DNA of 64,000 bases. Origin: Candidatus Woesebacteria bacterium RBG_16_42_24 (GTDB taxonomy: Bacteria; Patescibacteriota; Microgenomatia; UBA8517). The DNA is taken from NCBI GenBank assembly GCA_001792115.1, contig MGFX01000002.1, positions 4,965 through 68,964 on the forward strand. The letters run 5' to 3'. This document shows, one piece after another, positions 39,390-49,948 of the stretch (the first letter of the stretch is position 1; every line of letters starts with the position of its first letter). The notes below the pieces were generated by a model that was not told the origin of the DNA, made no database searches, and saw nothing but the letters and a program-made list of their open reading frames with translations. The translations under genes were made by a program, and so were the position numbers.

Positions 39390-40169
39390 CTACTCCTTTA
39401 TTGCTACCACAACTAAAGAATTGCCAAAATATCCAAAAATGAAATTGAATAAGTAAAAGAAAAAAGTAAAAAACGAAAAAGAAATTTTATTATTAAAATA
39501 AGGATAGATGTGCTGAGTCAAAAAATCAAAATGATAAACCCAAGAAGTCGATATTTTGTAATTTGGAATTTTTATATCTCTCATAAATTTTCTTATTTCA
39601 TCGCGTGTAAATCTATAAACAAAATTCCCAGATTCTTCATATTCTAGCGCTAGATTTAGTTTAATTAATATTTTAGTAATAAAATTTCTTTGAGCTTCGA
39701 TAAACACGAACCCCCTTTTACTAATTCTATTCATTTCGAGCAAGCCTTTGTATGGATAAGGAATATGATGCAGGCCGTGGCGAACTATAACTAAATCAAA
39801 ACTTTTATCTCTAAACGGCAAATTCTCCGCATCGGCAACCACACCTCTTAAATATTTGCACCTTCTTTTCGCTGCTTTTACGGCTTCGAGGGAAAAATCG
39901 CTGACAGTAACCTTTGCCCCCAATTTATACAAATACTCCCCTTCGGCGCCATCCCCACAACAAATACTCAAGACAGTCTTATTTTTAACCTTAAAAGGCA
40001 ACAAAGAAACGGCTTCCTTTAAAGTATAGTACTCCATAAAATTTCCAATTAAGCTTTCCTTATAGAAAGTTTTCGATCCGTCCCTAAAACGGGATTTAAA
40101 AACATTGTCCATATATATTTTCTGGTAAAACTTTTGTTTGACGGGATCTTTCTGTTTTCTAATTTTCAT
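39390..40169 (-). CDS. Class I SAM-dependent methyltransferase
   Basis: VLSICCGDGAEGEYLYKLGAKVTVSDFS...FDLVIVRHGLHHIPYPYKGLLEMNRISKRGFVFIE. Confidence 0.7.
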   Translation of the reverse strand: MKIRKQKDPVKQKFYQKIYMDNVFKSRFRDGSKTFYKESLIGNFMEYYTLKEAVSLLPFKVKNKTVLSICCGDGAEGEYLYKLGAKVTVSDFSLEAVKAAKRRCKYLRGVVADAENLPFRDKSFDLVIVRHGLHHIPYPYKGLLEMNRISKRGFVFIEAQRNFITKILIKLNLALEYEESGNFVYRFTRDEIRKFMRDIKIPNYKISTSWVYHFDFLTQHIYPYFNNKISFSFFTFFFYLFNFIFGYFGNSLVVVAIKE

Positions 40170-40222
40170 ATTCGAAATAGTAACATATATTGCCTTTGAA
40201 ACTATACTGCTGATTAATTAAA

Positions 40223-41188
40223 ATGTATACTGCGCATCAAATAAAGATGATTAACTTTATCAAAATATCCGACTTTCCTAAATATTTCACTTGTCCGTAT
40301 TGTCCTAGGAATGGTAAAACCTCCTTACAGGTAATAAAAAACGGGGTCCATTGTCAAAAATGCCAAAGAAAATTTCTAATCAGGAACCATATTCTTGAGT
40401 TTGTTATTAATAAAGAATTGGATAGCGAAACTAAACGAGAACTCAAAGGGAACAGTTACCCTCTTACCAAAAAGAATATCGAGCATTACGCAAACAAAGA
40501 CAAATGGAGTGCTTATTATAATCATTTTGTTAACCAAAAATTCGAATATCTATTAAAATTTCTAGACTCAATACATATGGGAGGGATTATTTCTTTGGGA
40601 TCCGGTCATGGTTTTGAACTCAAAGAAATATTGAAACGAAAAAAATTTAACCTTGTGTTTTCATCAGATCTTGCATATGCCGCCACAAGTATCGTGCCAG
40701 TTACACTCAAGGATTACAACGTCGACCTTGGCCTTTTTACCTCAGATCTTAATCACACCCCGGTGATACCAAACAACGATATGCCCATTTTAATATACGA
40801 GGCTTTACACCATACGGGAGACATACATTTTACTGTAGAAGAACTGCTTAAAAGAAAATTCAAAAATATTTTATTTGTCGAACCCACGACAAATTTTTTA
40901 ATTAAAATACTCGCCAAATTTAATCTGGCACAAAGAGTTGAATATTCCGGTCTTAAGCCTGACTTTTTAGATATTGATATACTTAAAAAGTTATCTAAAA
41001 AATACAATTACAATCTAAAAATTCGTACGCTTTGGGATATCCCTGAAGATTATTTTAGAGTTATCTGCAAAAGGGATTCCTTGCTCCAAACTATTCTTTT
41101 AAAATTCATTGATATTTTCTCCCAAGTTGGAAACGTTTTTCAGTTTGGCAGTTTCGCGGTTGTCTCCTTGGAACAAAGTAAGTATTGA
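40223..41188 (+). CDS. Putative methyltransferase-like protein with an N-terminal zinc ribbon
   Basis: CPYCPRNGKTSLQ...HCQKCQRKF (a CxxC...CxxC ribbon) followed by IISLGSGHGFELKEIL, a Rossmann-like motif I. Confidence 0.4.
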   Translation: MYTAHQIKMINFIKISDFPKYFTCPYCPRNGKTSLQVIKNGVHCQKCQRKFLIRNHILEFVINKELDSETKRELKGNSYPLTKKNIEHYANKDKWSAYYNHFVNQKFEYLLKFLDSIHMGGIISLGSGHGFELKEILKRKKFNLVFSSDLAYAATSIVPVTLKDYNVDLGLFTSDLNHTPVIPNNDMPILIYEALHHTGDIHFTVEELLKRKFKNILFVEPTTNFLIKILAKFNLAQRVEYSGLKPDFLDIDILKKLSKKYNYNLKIRTLWDIPEDYFRVICKRDSLLQTILLKFIDIFSQVGNVFQFGSFAVVSLEQSKY

Positions 41189-41976
41189 GTATGAAAACTG
41201 TAGCAATTGTAACCCCCTCCTACTATAAACCTCGATTTAGCGAAGAAGACCTGATTTCGCTAGAACACTTAAAAAAACATTTGGGTAAGTACGATAGATA
41301 TTTTCTTGTTCCTGACGGGATAAACTCCAATAAACTTAAAAAGGGGGGTTTTGGCTTTATCAAATTTCCTAGCGAATTTTTTGCTAGTACAAAAACGTAC
41401 AATCAACTACTCCTATCGGAAGATTTCTATAAGGCGTTTAAAAATTACAAATACTTATTAATTTATCAGCTGGATGCATTGGTCTTTTCAGACCAGCTTC
41501 TAAAATGGTGTAACCGCGGGTATGATTATATTTCTGCACCGTGGTTTAAAACGGTAATCGGATCGTTGGCTCACAAAAAAGGGTTTCCCGCCAGCGGGGG
41601 AAACGGCGGATTTTGTTTAAGAAATGTTCAAAGTTCCCTAAAAGTCCTAGAAAGGGTGAATATGTTAGCCAAAAGATCTTCTGCTAAGAGTTGGGTCAGA
41701 AAAATGTGGTTTTTTCTCGCGGTAATAACGGGAAAATCCCACAAAAAATGGCTAAATGCACCGGCTACCAATTATCCTTTTAATGAAGACGGCTTTTGGT
41801 CATTAGAGGCTCCTAAGTATCTTCCTGGCTATAGAGTCGCACCATTTAAAACAGCGCTAAAGTTTGGTTTTGAAAGATTCCCCAGAAAATGTTATGAATT
41901 GAATAAGAAAAAACTTCCCTTTGGCTGCCATTCGTGGGAAAAATACGATAAAGATTTTTGGCTTCCCTACCTATGA
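41185..41976 (+). CDS. Hypothetical protein, possibly a glycosyltransferase-like (GT-A) domain
   Basis: YLLIYQLDALVFSDQLLKWCNRGYDYISAPW. Family not recognised. Confidence 0.3.
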   Translation: MSMKTVAIVTPSYYKPRFSEEDLISLEHLKKHLGKYDRYFLVPDGINSNKLKKGGFGFIKFPSEFFASTKTYNQLLLSEDFYKAFKNYKYLLIYQLDALVFSDQLLKWCNRGYDYISAPWFKTVIGSLAHKKGFPASGGNGGFCLRNVQSSLKVLERVNMLAKRSSAKSWVRKMWFFLAVITGKSHKKWLNAPATNYPFNEDGFWSLEAPKYLPGYRVAPFKTALKFGFERFPRKCYELNKKKLPFGCHSWEKYDKDFWLPYL

Positions 41977-42000
41977 TACAATCCAAAGATTGCGCATAAA

Positions 42001-42708
42001 ATGGATAGAATGATCAATTGGTTTAAAATTATTCAGGGGCTTATCTACCATAGATTTTATATTAATCCCAAGACGGAAAAAAATGTCGTAAGGTCCTTCC
42101 ATGAATTGTATTACAACTCTACTCTATGGAATAAAGGTCTTGGCAACACCCACTGGTTCGGTATAAAAACATTAAAATGTCCTTTAGATTGCTGGATTTA
42201 TCAGGAACTAATTTACAAATTAAAGCCGGATATCATAATCGAATGCGGCACCTTCAATGGGGGCAGTGCTCTATATCTTGCAGGACTGTGTGATCTATTA
42301 AATAAGGGGAAAGTTATCACAATTGACACCGATTCCTATAAGGGCAAACCGCAACATAAGAGAATCAAATATCTATTGGGAATGTCTACTTCGGATAAAA
42401 TTGTGGATCAGGTAAAAAAGTTGGTAAGGCCAAAAGATAGGGTTTTGGTAATTTTAGATTCCGACCACAGCCGGGATAATGTGATTAAAGAGTTGAGAAT
42501 CTACAATAAGTTCGTACCTAAGGGGGGGTATATTATCATTGAGGACACAAACATCAACGGCCACCCTGTTCGACCCGAATTTGGACCCGGACCCATGGAG
42601 GCCGTAGAAATATTTTTAAAAGAGAATAAGGACTTTGCCATAGATAAAAGTCAGGAGAAATTTTATCTGACTTTTAATCCCAACGGGTATCTTCGAAGAA
42701 TTAAGTAA
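42001..42708 (+). CDS. CmcI-family (cephalosporin hydroxylase/rhamnosyl O-methyltransferase-like) SAM-dependent O-methyltransferase
   Basis: WIYQELIYKLKPDIIIECGTFNGGSALYLAGL...VILDSDHSRDNVIKELRIYNKFVPKGGYIIIEDTNINGHPVRPEFGPGPMEAV. Confidence 0.65.
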   Translation: MDRMINWFKIIQGLIYHRFYINPKTEKNVVRSFHELYYNSTLWNKGLGNTHWFGIKTLKCPLDCWIYQELIYKLKPDIIIECGTFNGGSALYLAGLCDLLNKGKVITIDTDSYKGKPQHKRIKYLLGMSTSDKIVDQVKKLVRPKDRVLVILDSDHSRDNVIKELRIYNKFVPKGGYIIIEDTNINGHPVRPEFGPGPMEAVEIFLKENKDFAIDKSQEKFYLTFNPNGYLRRIK

Positions 42709-42733
42709 GTTCTCACCTTGCCCAAAAGAATAT

Positions 42734-44065
42734 TTATTTATCTTTAGGCGACACTTTCCCTAAGACCAAACTAATGTAGTAAATCATGAGTGGAGGAAAA
42801 AACATGGACATCCTTATCGCAGAATCCGGAATATCTTTCCATTCTTGAAATCTAATACTAAACAAATAAGTACCAGTATATATAGTCATAAAATTCGCTA
42901 ATATTATTAGTAGCATTATCAGATTCTTCCTGGTAATCCAGTTTTTTATGTCAAAAAATACTGCAATCAAAAAAATCGCAAGTATTGGTCCCCAAGATTG
43001 AACTACGTTTCGATATACATAGAGAGAAACGTCCCAAATTCTTTTGAAATCGACGCCGGTTGATAATATCGCAGGTATTAGAGAGATTTGACCGGCGGTT
43101 GAAAGCGTAGGTCCATACAAACGGGCCTGAAATATATTCCATGGCTGTTGGATTATAAAAAAAGGAACAAGGAATATTAACGCGGAGTATATGCTTTTTT
43201 TGCGTACAGCGTAAATTAAAACTATTAAAATCTCTGCCAACCATAAGGGCTCTGCGGATCTTGCCCAAGTACTCAATCCAACTAATAAAGAGGACATAAG
43301 CAAATAATCGGGCCTATTTCGAGTAACGGCAATATAAAGATATATAATCCCAATTACATAAAAGGCTGTATACGGCAAATTTGTATATGCAAATGTTGAG
43401 TGCGCAAATAATGCCGGGGTCGTGACCAAAAGTAGAGTTGCAAACAAGGCGGCGGGCCTACTAGCTCCTTTCCTGATGACGCTGTAGAAGATGGCAGCAA
43501 AAGAAAAAAAGTATAAAGAATATATAAATTGAGGGTTGCTACCTCCAAACAAATAAACGATTGTATGTCCGAGAGGCACTAAAAGCGGATACTGAGCAAA
43601 ATAAAAATATTGATTGGCAATTTGTACGAAATAGCCAGTCTGGGCCACAATCTTCGCGGTAAAATCATATAGGGCCAATGCATCCCAGACGTAAACCGGA
43701 TAATAAAGAGCGATTAGAAGACTCAATGAGAAAATTACCCCTATTACCAAGCAAATTATTTTTTCGAACCAACTAAGTTCTATAAAAATTCGTTGCACAT
43801 TTGGCAACCTAATTTCGATTTTCCTCTTCAATAAAACGAGTACGAAAAAGAGTAATGAAATCAATCCTGACACAATTGCTATAATACTGGTTGCGGTAAT
43901 TTTGATACCGGCCCAGGAAAAGAAAAATATTAGGAGTGTGATAAGGCCCATACCCAACAAATAGGACAGTCCCCCCCTCTCAGCTAGCGGCAGGTCCTTA
44001 ATAATAAGAGAGGAAAACAAATAACCAAAAACCACAATTAGTATAAAAATTAACAATACTTGCAT
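42734..44065 (-). CDS. Polytopic membrane protein, possible GT-C family
   Basis: Multi-TM ORF convergent with the CmcI-like gene. Confidence 0.4.
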   Translation of the reverse strand: MQVLLIFILIVVFGYLFSSLIIKDLPLAERGGLSYLLGMGLITLLIFFFSWAGIKITATSIIAIVSGLISLLFFVLVLLKRKIEIRLPNVQRIFIELSWFEKIICLVIGVIFSLSLLIALYYPVYVWDALALYDFTAKIVAQTGYFVQIANQYFYFAQYPLLVPLGHTIVYLFGGSNPQFIYSLYFFSFAAIFYSVIRKGASRPAALFATLLLVTTPALFAHSTFAYTNLPYTAFYVIGIIYLYIAVTRNRPDYLLMSSLLVGLSTWARSAEPLWLAEILIVLIYAVRKKSIYSALIFLVPFFIIQQPWNIFQARLYGPTLSTAGQISLIPAILSTGVDFKRIWDVSLYVYRNVVQSWGPILAIFLIAVFFDIKNWITRKNLIMLLIILANFMTIYTGTYLFSIRFQEWKDIPDSAIRMSMFFPPLMIYYISLVLGKVSPKDK

Positions 44066-45039
44066 TATTTTTTAACTTTAATTAATCCCCACATTTGCTT
44101 ATTCTCTACCTTTTTATAGATATAGTCTTCTTCTCTTTCCACCGTTTTTCCCTCGTTTAGCATATAAACTATTTTCTCTGCCTTTACGTCAAATTTAGGC
44201 CACCCGTTGGTCTGAACTCCAGCAGGGGCATCCAACTCTCCCCATGTAAGTAACACATAATCGATATCTTCTTTATTCAAATCATATTTCGGAGAGTATT
44301 CTTCGCCGTTTAACAAAACCCTCGGATATAAGAAGTACGTCATATAGGGGATGTTTCCTGATTGGGCCCAGGGCCAAGTTGGAAATGGAGGAATTAAAAT
44401 CTTTGAATCCTCGGGAGTACTTTTCTTGACAAACAAAACGTAATCATAAAATTTTTTACCCAATTTTTCTTCCATTTTTTGATCGTAGGAGGCGGTCGGA
44501 TTTTTAATGATAAACGAAACATCGCGCGCGACGCTCGTTCCTAAATCGATAAAGCTCTTTACCAATATCCACGAAGTAATAACCACGACAGGAAACCATT
44601 TGTATAAAATTTCGGGATTTTTTCGAATCACCAATAAAACATCTTTCGAAGATATAATGAATGCGTATATTGACAGTGCCAACGGCGTTCCCAATTCCAG
44701 AGGGTGGATATGAAAAGTCGAAAATACGTAATTAGGATAGTGGATTTTTTCCAGTAAATAAAAAGTATAATATCCTAGTCCGAAGACATATATTGAATAA
44801 AAACTAACCGTGCGAAATGAGCGAATAGGCTGCTTCTTCCACCCAGAACCATAAAACCCAAACGATCCTGCAATTCCAAACGTCAGATAGATGAGAAGTG
44901 GTTCTATAGAAGTGTGTTTCAATAAAACACCCGGGTAAAAATATGCTTCTGCGAAACTGACCGCCAATGCCACCAGCCACACAACTGGCAGAAGAAACAA
45001 AATATATTTAATATAGCGTGCCAAAAACCTATTGAACAT
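44065..45039 (-). CDS. Hypothetical membrane protein (N-terminal TMs plus C-terminal soluble domain)
   Basis: Similar architecture to ORF 45765..46796, a possible paralogue. Confidence 0.4.
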   Translation of the reverse strand: MFNRFLARYIKYILFLLPVVWLVALAVSFAEAYFYPGVLLKHTSIEPLLIYLTFGIAGSFGFYGSGWKKQPIRSFRTVSFYSIYVFGLGYYTFYLLEKIHYPNYVFSTFHIHPLELGTPLALSIYAFIISSKDVLLVIRKNPEILYKWFPVVVITSWILVKSFIDLGTSVARDVSFIIKNPTASYDQKMEEKLGKKFYDYVLFVKKSTPEDSKILIPPFPTWPWAQSGNIPYMTYFLYPRVLLNGEEYSPKYDLNKEDIDYVLLTWGELDAPAGVQTNGWPKFDVKAEKIVYMLNEGKTVEREEDYIYKKVENKQMWGLIKVKK

Positions 45040-45051
45040 TTCTTATTGGAA

Positions 45052-45768
45052 CTAGGGCCTTTTTCTAATAATTAAAGCTACGTTGGGACTCATTGTTTTA
45101 AAGTATGTTCCCCCATTTATCACCATCAAAGCCAGAAGAAAAAGATGTAAGAGTTTTTGTAAAATGATTCTGGCCACGTTTACTACGCTGTATGGGGGAA
45201 TCGAATAGCCTTTAATATCGAAGTCAAAATTGTTAATGCCGGAGCCGATGGCTAAATCCTTTAAAGATTGCTCCGTAAATGCCATTTGGTGTTGCAAATC
45301 GCCGTAACGCTCAACCAAACCGAGAGGATTACTTGCGTTTGGAACAACGATGAGAATAGACCCATTATTTTTGACTCTAGAAAACAATGTTTTGATAGTC
45401 GAAAAATAAATTTTTGGAGACATATGCTCCAGAACCTGAATTAATATGACCAAATCATACCGTCTTAATTTATTCTTTATAGAAGTAACATTGTCGAAAT
45501 TATAGGCATTGGTAATATTAAAATTCTTTTGCAGACTTTTCAGAACGTTTTTGTCTTTGTCGATAATATCAATATCTTTAATTCCGCATGTGTGAAGATA
45601 CTTGATGAACTCCCCCTTCCCGGGCCCTACTTCCAACACCGAAATATTTTTCCTTGTTTTGAGGTTTCGAATAATCGGTCCAAAATTGTACCTAATATAA
45701 TCAACTTTCCTTTGAAAAGACTTTTTATTATAGATGCCTTCGAGACGAGATAAATATGAACCTTTCAT
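45052..45768 (-). CDS. Class I SAM-dependent methyltransferase
   Basis: VLEVGPGKGEFIKYL...YDLVILIQVLEHMSPKIYFSTIKTLFSRVKNNGSILIVVPN. Confidence 0.7.
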   Translation of the reverse strand: MKGSYLSRLEGIYNKKSFQRKVDYIRYNFGPIIRNLKTRKNISVLEVGPGKGEFIKYLHTCGIKDIDIIDKDKNVLKSLQKNFNITNAYNFDNVTSIKNKLRRYDLVILIQVLEHMSPKIYFSTIKTLFSRVKNNGSILIVVPNASNPLGLVERYGDLQHQMAFTEQSLKDLAIGSGINNFDFDIKGYSIPPYSVVNVARIILQKLLHLFLLALMVINGGTYFKTMSPNVALIIRKRP

Positions 45769-46796
45769 TTTTTTCCTCCCTTACCCTTATATAGATATAG
45801 GCCCGGTATAACCTCGCTTGATTGGCATATATATTGATTGTTGACTACCTTAAGATATTCCATAATATTACCATTTGGATCACCCTTCTTTTCTTCTAAT
45901 TTGCGGTCGCAAGGAGTAATCGAAACAAGGAGCATGTTGTCTTTTCCAATATAACTATACGATTTATTCCATGAATAAATGTTTGCAAAATAACAATTGG
46001 TTAAAAAAACCCTTGATAGGCCTTCGTAATTCATCCAAATCATTTCAGGATCAAATGTAACAAGCTCCACTGGTTTACTTTGTTGGTCACACCAATTCAC
46101 TATATCTTTCGTCTTGGGAAAAAATTCTGCTATCCATTGATAGATATCCATTTTTTTTAAAGCATATTTTAATTCGTTTTTCTGCAAGAAAGCATTCTCT
46201 TCCGTATAAAACTTGTAAACAAATCTCAGTGAGCCCGTTAAGATAAATACAAACAAAACAGCAGAGTAAATTATTAGTATCGAATCCTTGATTGTCGATG
46301 CTGAAACTTTTGTTCCTCTTAGGAGCCTTATTTTGAAAAACCGTCCATAGCCACCCGCTCGAACAACGAGCCAGAAATTTACACATAGAGAAAAGATTTG
46401 TAATATGACAGTTTTAATAAGTAACTTCGGCTGTAGATGAATTTTGCTATAGATAAAATTATTGTAATTAATACGCTCTAGTACATTAATCGTCAATGCG
46501 GTCAATAAAAATGCGGTAAGAACATAAACATTCACTAAAAGAAATTTCTTAATTAGCTTCACCCACTTTTGGCTTATATTAATGTCGAAGGGAATAAGAA
46601 AAATTAATAATCCAAATCCAAAAAGGGCATAAATAAAAAATTCTAGCGATACTCCAAAGTGCTTAAGAAAGAAGCCTGAATACGAAAAACTCTCCAGAAG
46701 GCTAATGAGTAGAGACGACAACAGGAAAAGTGTATAACCAAGTAACAAAAAGAAGTAAAAATATTTGAGGGCTTTTCTTGTAATCTTAGATTTCAT
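45765..46796 (-). CDS. Hypothetical membrane protein (N-terminal TMs plus C-terminal soluble domain)
   Basis: Overlaps the downstream MTase by 4 nt. Architecture like 44065..45039. Confidence 0.4.
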   Translation of the reverse strand: MKSKITRKALKYFYFFLLLGYTLFLLSSLLISLLESFSYSGFFLKHFGVSLEFFIYALFGFGLLIFLIPFDINISQKWVKLIKKFLLVNVYVLTAFLLTALTINVLERINYNNFIYSKIHLQPKLLIKTVILQIFSLCVNFWLVVRAGGYGRFFKIRLLRGTKVSASTIKDSILIIYSAVLFVFILTGSLRFVYKFYTEENAFLQKNELKYALKKMDIYQWIAEFFPKTKDIVNWCDQQSKPVELVTFDPEMIWMNYEGLSRVFLTNCYFANIYSWNKSYSYIGKDNMLLVSITPCDRKLEEKKGDPNGNIMEYLKVVNNQYICQSSEVIPGLYLYKGKGGKK

Positions 46797-48213
46797 GGTA
46801 CGCCTTTTTTTTGATTTTGTTCCAGAGTAATTGAAATATTTTTACTTCTTTCAGGGCGGCGAGTGGCGCTACAAGGATTAATATTGAAAAAGTTGCCCAA
46901 TGATAAAAATACCTACCATCATATCCAGTGATATTTCTGATAAGAATTATCTCAATCGCCACAAATAACAAAATAAACAAAACCATATTTTTAACTTTTT
47001 TCAGTCCAAGAGTCAAAGAGAGAACAATACTTACAATTAACATCGTTTGAAGAAATTTATCATCTAAGAATATTCTTGAGTAGATAGCTTGAATGTTTGA
47101 AATAATAAAGGGTGTTGTATATCCAAAAGATATTGTTTCACAATTTTCTAATCTACATCCAAATAGAATCGGATAAATTGGGTTTCCTGTAACAATAAGG
47201 TTTTTAACATACCAGTACCCTCCTAAAACGAGAGACAAGGCTACACCGGCCAGAAGTTTCTTGCTTTTTAAAATTAAGGCTTCTTTTCTTAATAATACTA
47301 AGAATGCAGCGATTAGTAAGAATGATACAAACTGGGTTAAAGCAGAATACTTTGATCCTATCGCCATCCCGAAAAACGCAAAACTAAACTTTAAACTATC
47401 AGAGTTTCTATCAAGAAAATAGTCCAGAAAGGAGATAAATCCTATCATCACAAAAGACGTTGTACCAATATCAACGTATCCAAAAGTAGACCACAAAAGA
47501 AAATTCTCGCGATAAAAGAAGGTCATTACAAAAAATGCTATTGCCATGGCAATACCAAATCTTTGTTTTAAAAATGAGTATGCTGTGAGAAGAAATGTAA
47601 CAAAAATTGAAAATTGTAATAGCCTCGCAACTGAATAGGTTTTAGTTAAAGAAAATAATGAGATAAACGCTGTATCTAAAAGTCTGGGCAAATTTAGGTA
47701 TAAACTGACCCCCGTATCCCATACCTTTTCAAAATAGAGGGTATAAGGCGAAATATAATGATAAGACATTTCATCCCACACATATGGCGGTTGTGATGAT
47801 TTAACAAATACTTGAGGCAAGACAAGTAAGACTATAAAAAGCGGTAATTTATTATCTCTAAGAAAATCGGATAAACTCTTTAGGCCTTTTTCGCCGATAT
47901 AATATTTCACTGTGGGAACTAACAAAACGATTAAAACAAATAATATTGTTGGAAAAGAATACGGTACAAAATAATGAGACAGAAAGTAGGCAAAAACAAC
48001 TATCCCCATCCCCAGCAACCAAATAGCTCCTCTTAAAAAATAAGGTATTTTTCCAATAAACAACTTTGCAGGTCTATAGCCAATAATTTCACAACAGGCA
48101 ACAAACGAAAAAAAGATTAGCAGATTAGATATGTTAAGGGGGCCAAAAAAATCACTTAGGTTCAACATTGTTATCCTTTCGCGTAACAATATAATCTCCG
48201 ATTGCCAACTCAT
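46786..48213 (-). CDS. Polytopic membrane protein, possible GT-C family
   Basis: YVWDEMSYHYISPYTLY in the first loop, a WDE acidic motif, plus more than 10 TMs. The start probably lies at an internal M, because the annotated start overlaps the carbamoyltransferase by 62 nt. Confidence 0.4.
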   Translation of the reverse strand: MSWQSEIILLRERITMLNLSDFFGPLNISNLLIFFSFVACCEIIGYRPAKLFIGKIPYFLRGAIWLLGMGIVVFAYFLSHYFVPYSFPTILFVLIVLLVPTVKYYIGEKGLKSLSDFLRDNKLPLFIVLLVLPQVFVKSSQPPYVWDEMSYHYISPYTLYFEKVWDTGVSLYLNLPRLLDTAFISLFSLTKTYSVARLLQFSIFVTFLLTAYSFLKQRFGIAMAIAFFVMTFFYRENFLLWSTFGYVDIGTTSFVMIGFISFLDYFLDRNSDSLKFSFAFFGMAIGSKYSALTQFVSFLLIAAFLVLLRKEALILKSKKLLAGVALSLVLGGYWYVKNLIVTGNPIYPILFGCRLENCETISFGYTTPFIISNIQAIYSRIFLDDKFLQTMLIVSIVLSLTLGLKKVKNMVLFILLFVAIEIILIRNITGYDGRYFYHWATFSILILVAPLAALKEVKIFQLLWNKIKKKAYHEI

Positions 48214-49948
48214 CTATGCAATCCCAGAGAAGGTGGTTAATGGCGTCTTCTGGAGAATTGACTATGGGCAAACCGTGCTTATTGAAACTCGTATTTAGGA
48301 TTACCGGAATTCCCGTTAAGCCGTAAAACTCTTTTATTATTTTATAGTAAAATGGGTTAGCCGTATTCGAAACAGTATTGGGTCTGGCAGTATTATCTAC
48401 ATGAATCGCCGCTTGGATTTCTTTAACTTTCTTTTTTTTAACATCAAATGCTGTTGTCATAAATGGAGATTTTTTATAATTCAAAAAATAATCATTTCCG
48501 TATTCCTCCAAGATACTAGGTGCGAATGGCATAAACCATTCTCTATTTTTCAGAGTGTTATTTAGTTTCTCTTTTATATCCATCCGGCGAGGATCTATCA
48601 AAACACTCCTATATCCCAGTGCTCTCGGACCCCACTCGCTCCTTCCTTGAAACCAACCCACTACTTTTCCAGCAACAAGTTCTCTTGCAACTATCTTGGG
48701 AATTTCTTTGTACTTACGGAAAAATATTTTCTTTTTATACTTCCTAAGAACTTTTAGAACTTTGCTTTCTGTAAACCCACTTCCCCAAGAAACGTCTTTT
48801 ACTGCTGAAGGAGTCCTCGTAAATCCATATTTTTCCGAATAAACTTGTAGTGCGGCGCCAAGGGCAGCTCCTCCATCTCCTGCATTAGGTTGGACATATA
48901 TACCTTTTACTCCTCTTATTTCAGATATACTTTTGTTCATCTTCACATTGAGAAACAATCCGCCAGCCAACACCAAATCAGTTTCCTTATATCTTTCAAC
49001 AAGGTACCTGAAATATTTAACAACCTCCTCTTCTAAAATCCTTTGGGCACTTGCTGCCACATTCTCTCTCCCAGATCTAGAAATTAATTCCTCAAGAACC
49101 ATTCCAATTGGCAGAGAATTAAAAATTGGACGGAACTCTTTACGTATTGAAAAAAACATCTCTGCCCAATACGGAGAACTTAACCACTTGCCAAATTTAA
49201 AATGGGGGGCAATCTTACTTAAAGGAACATATACTTTGGAAGAATTACCATATGCAGCAAGACCCATTGTTTTTCCTTCACCATCCCCAGGGGTAAAACC
49301 TAGTGCTTGCGTCACCGCTGTATAAAATAAACCTATTGAAGAGTTAACGGCAATCTCCTCCAAGGGCTCTCCAATCTTACTATCTTTACAAAGATAAACC
49401 GCCCCTGATACAAGTTGGCCTGAAAGCTTGGGTCCAAAAGCGTCCATGCAAACTGCAAGACACCCCGAATAACCGCTTGTAAAATATGCACTTGCCGCGT
49501 GTGATTGGTGGTGAGAGACATAAACCAATTCTTTTTTCTTAAGAAAACTTCTCGCCTTAACAGCCTTTGAGTTTTGTACGATTTCTCCATATAAAATTTT
49601 CAGAACATCTAATACAAAAAGAAGTTTACGACCTTTAATCCAGTTTAGTACGATAACAAACAGGTCAAACAAATTTGGGCCCAAAAAGGGGAGTAAAAAT
49701 AATCTATTTGGATAGCCAACTGCAATAATGTTTATATCTTTTTTGGAAATTTTGGAAAAACTAAGAGCTTCTTTAATTGATAAAATTGGAAAGTTCTTGT
49801 CATGCTTTATTCGAGAGTATCTTTCTTCGGACGCAGCGAAAATCACTTTTCCGTCTTTTGTTAACGCTGCACTATTATCATGAAAAGCAGTTGATAACCC
49901 AGTAATCCCCAAAATATAAACCTTGTTTTCCTTTCCAAATTTTTTCAT
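48152..49948 (-). CDS. Carbamoyltransferase, NodU/CmcH family
   Basis: YILGITGLSTAFHDNSAALTKDGKVIFAASEERYSRIKHDKNFP N-terminal signature. Length 598 aa. Confidence 0.85.
   Translation of the reverse strand: MKKFGKENKVYILGITGLSTAFHDNSAALTKDGKVIFAASEERYSRIKHDKNFPILSIKEALSFSKISKKDINIIAVGYPNRLFLLPFLGPNLFDLFVIVLNWIKGRKLLFVLDVLKILYGEIVQNSKAVKARSFLKKKELVYVSHHQSHAASAYFTSGYSGCLAVCMDAFGPKLSGQLVSGAVYLCKDSKIGEPLEEIAVNSSIGLFYTAVTQALGFTPGDGEGKTMGLAAYGNSSKVYVPLSKIAPHFKFGKWLSSPYWAEMFFSIRKEFRPIFNSLPIGMVLEELISRSGRENVAASAQRILEEEVVKYFRYLVERYKETDLVLAGGLFLNVKMNKSISEIRGVKGIYVQPNAGDGGAALGAALQVYSEKYGFTRTPSAVKDVSWGSGFTESKVLKVLRKYKKKIFFRKYKEIPKIVARELVAGKVVGWFQGRSEWGPRALGYRSVLIDPRRMDIKEKLNNTLKNREWFMPFAPSILEEYGNDYFLNYKKSPFMTTAFDVKKKKVKEIQAAIHVDNTARPNTVSNTANPFYYKIIKEFYGLTGIPVILNTSFNKHGLPIVNSPEDAINHLLWDCIDELAIGDYIVTRKDNNVEPK

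Noticed and set aside
42709-42733. Convergent-gene spacer 42709-42733 as a bidirectional terminator
   Set aside because: No convincing GC-rich hairpin or U-tract visible in the 25-nt gap.
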